A program made the position numbers and the translations under genes. From contig NC_058377.1 of assembly GCF_018350175.1 (NCBI RefSeq), forward strand, positions 101,060,001 through 101,124,000: a stretch of DNA of 64,000 nucleotides. The letters are read 5' to 3'. Below the pieces are notes generated by a model. That model ran no database searches and was not told the DNA's origin. It saw only the letters and a program-made list of their open reading frames with translations. Numbering within the stretch: position 1 is the stretch's first letter; each line of letters opens with the position of its first letter. The stretch comes from Felis catus (lineage: Eukaryota). Positions 62,816-64,000 of this stretch are shown here, piece after piece.

Positions 62816-63781
62816 TTAGGAACCAATTTTTACCAATTTTTTCATTGCTTCTTTTACATCTTTGTTCCTTAAACTGTAGATGATGGGATTCAGCATGGGA
62901 ATCACAATCGTGTAAAATGTTGAGACTATCATGTCATGGTCCAGAGCATAGCTGGAACTCGGTCTCACGTACGTGAAGAGGATGGTTCCATGATATATTG
63001 ACACTCCGGTTAGGTGAGAGCCACATGTAGAAAAGACTTTCTGCCTCCCTGCAGCAGAATGAATCTTCCGAATGGCCAACAAAATGAAACCATAGGAGAT
63101 CAGAACTGTCAGGATAGTGACGATCTCAATGGAGCCCACAAGGTAGAAGAGCAGGAGCTGGTTTGTGTGAGTGTCAGAACAAGAAATGGCGAGGAGAGGA
63201 GGGATGTCACAAAAGACATGTCTAATTTCATTGGATGCGCAGAAGGACAGGCTGAATGTGGCCACGGTGTGTATGGAAGCATGCAAAATGCCACCCACGT
63301 AGGAAGCAACGATGAGTGGCACATAGACTCTGGGTGACATGCTCACTGAGTACAGGAGAGGGTTGTAGATGGCGACATAGCGGTCATATGCCATTGCAGC
63401 CAAGAGAAAGCATTCTGTGGTCCCAAAGGTAACAAAGAGAAGCATCTGCGCTGCACATCCAACATAGGAAATGGCTTTATTCTCTGCGAGGAAATTGACC
63501 AACATTTTTGGGGTGACAACTGAAGAATAACAGGCATCCAGGAAAGACAATACGCTCAGAAAGTAGTACATGGGGTTGTGTAGCCGAGAATCCCCAATGA
63601 CTAATAGAACTAGCCCCAAATTTCCTACCAGAGTAAAAAGGTAGATTGCTAGAAATAGTAAAAAGAGGAAGATTTGCACCTCAAAATCATCTGTGAAACC
63701 CGTCAATATAAACATGGTGACTTTGGTCACATTTTCCATCTGAATGCTGTGTAAATTTAAATCTGATGTGAACCCTGACAT
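62816..63781 (-). CDS. Olfactory receptor OR5T subfamily (OR5T1-like), 321 aa, C-tail altered by a 4-bp deletion
   Basis: [15 protein letters not shown]-terminus; 7TM core nearly identical to the gene at 55668-56660. Confidence 0.92.
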   Translation of the reverse strand: MSGFTSDLNLHSIQMENVTKVTMFILTGFTDDFEVQIFLFLLFLAIYLFTLVGNLGLVLLVIGDSRLHNPMYYFLSVLSFLDACYSSVVTPKMLVNFLAENKAISYVGCAAQMLLFVTFGTTECFLLAAMAYDRYVAIYNPLLYSVSMSPRVYVPLIVASYVGGILHASIHTVATFSLSFCASNEIRHVFCDIPPLLAISCSDTHTNQLLLFYLVGSIEIVTILTVLISYGFILLAIRKIHSAAGRQKVFSTCGSHLTGVSIYHGTILFTYVRPSSSYALDHDMIVSTFYTIVIPMLNPIIYSLRNKDVKEAMKKLVKIGS

Positions 63782-64000
63782 CTCACTTTCTATTTGTAGG
63801 TACTAAAGACAATATCTTGTGAAAATAGAGTCCATCCAATCATATTCTCATATTTTTTTCTTAGCAGGGTATAAAGATTTCCTTGGCAGTGATAAAATAG
63901 GCAGTGATAATGATATTGTACCCAAGTGGTTGCATTTCGCTGTTAAATAAAAGGACGAAATGATTATATTCAGTCATTGAGTGCATTTATCAAGTGGAAA

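Noticed and set aside
44915-63337. Three near-identical 107-aa ORFs (MRATCRKDF..) and 71-aa ORFs (MCHSSLLP..)
   Set aside because: They are antisense and alternative frames of the homogenised OR5T tract; their identity follows from DNA identity, not from a separate gene family.
1-64000. tRNA-like A/B boxes and recurring ~200-bp repeats (possible tRNA genes or CRISPR-like array)
   Set aside because: They are tRNA-derived Can-SINE heads with (CT)n, poly-A and TSDs, dispersed irregularly; there is no repeat-spacer periodicity.

Overview
Mammalian genomic DNA, almost certainly felid, judged from dense tRNA-derived Can-SINEs that include near-identical young SINEC_Fc-type copies. It is an AT-rich class II olfactory receptor (OR) cluster of families OR5/OR8. 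Seven intact single-exon OR coding regions: OR5J-like (+), OR5BE-like (+), OR8I2 (+), OR8H-like (+), OR5T2-like (-), and two OR5T1/3-like genes (+ and -). Also present: an internal OR5T pseudogene fragment, an RPL23A processed pseudogene, about 39 SINEs, L1/L2/MIR fragments, solo and nested ERV LTRs, an ERVL protease-region remnant, an internally deleted Tigger1 and a 132-N assembly gap. I see no new gene family or prokaryote-style system. The most unusual structure is the OR5T triad. Two genes form an 876-bp inverted repeat with only 3 mismatches, confined to coding sequence. The third gene shares a ~500-bp, ~98%-identical TM3-TM6 tract. N- and C-termini appear reciprocally swapped relative to human OR5T1/OR5T2, so this is a candidate gene-conversion and inversion hotspot making chimeric receptors. 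Gene names and human comparisons come from recalled sequences, not searches. Repeat boundaries are read by eye and approximate.
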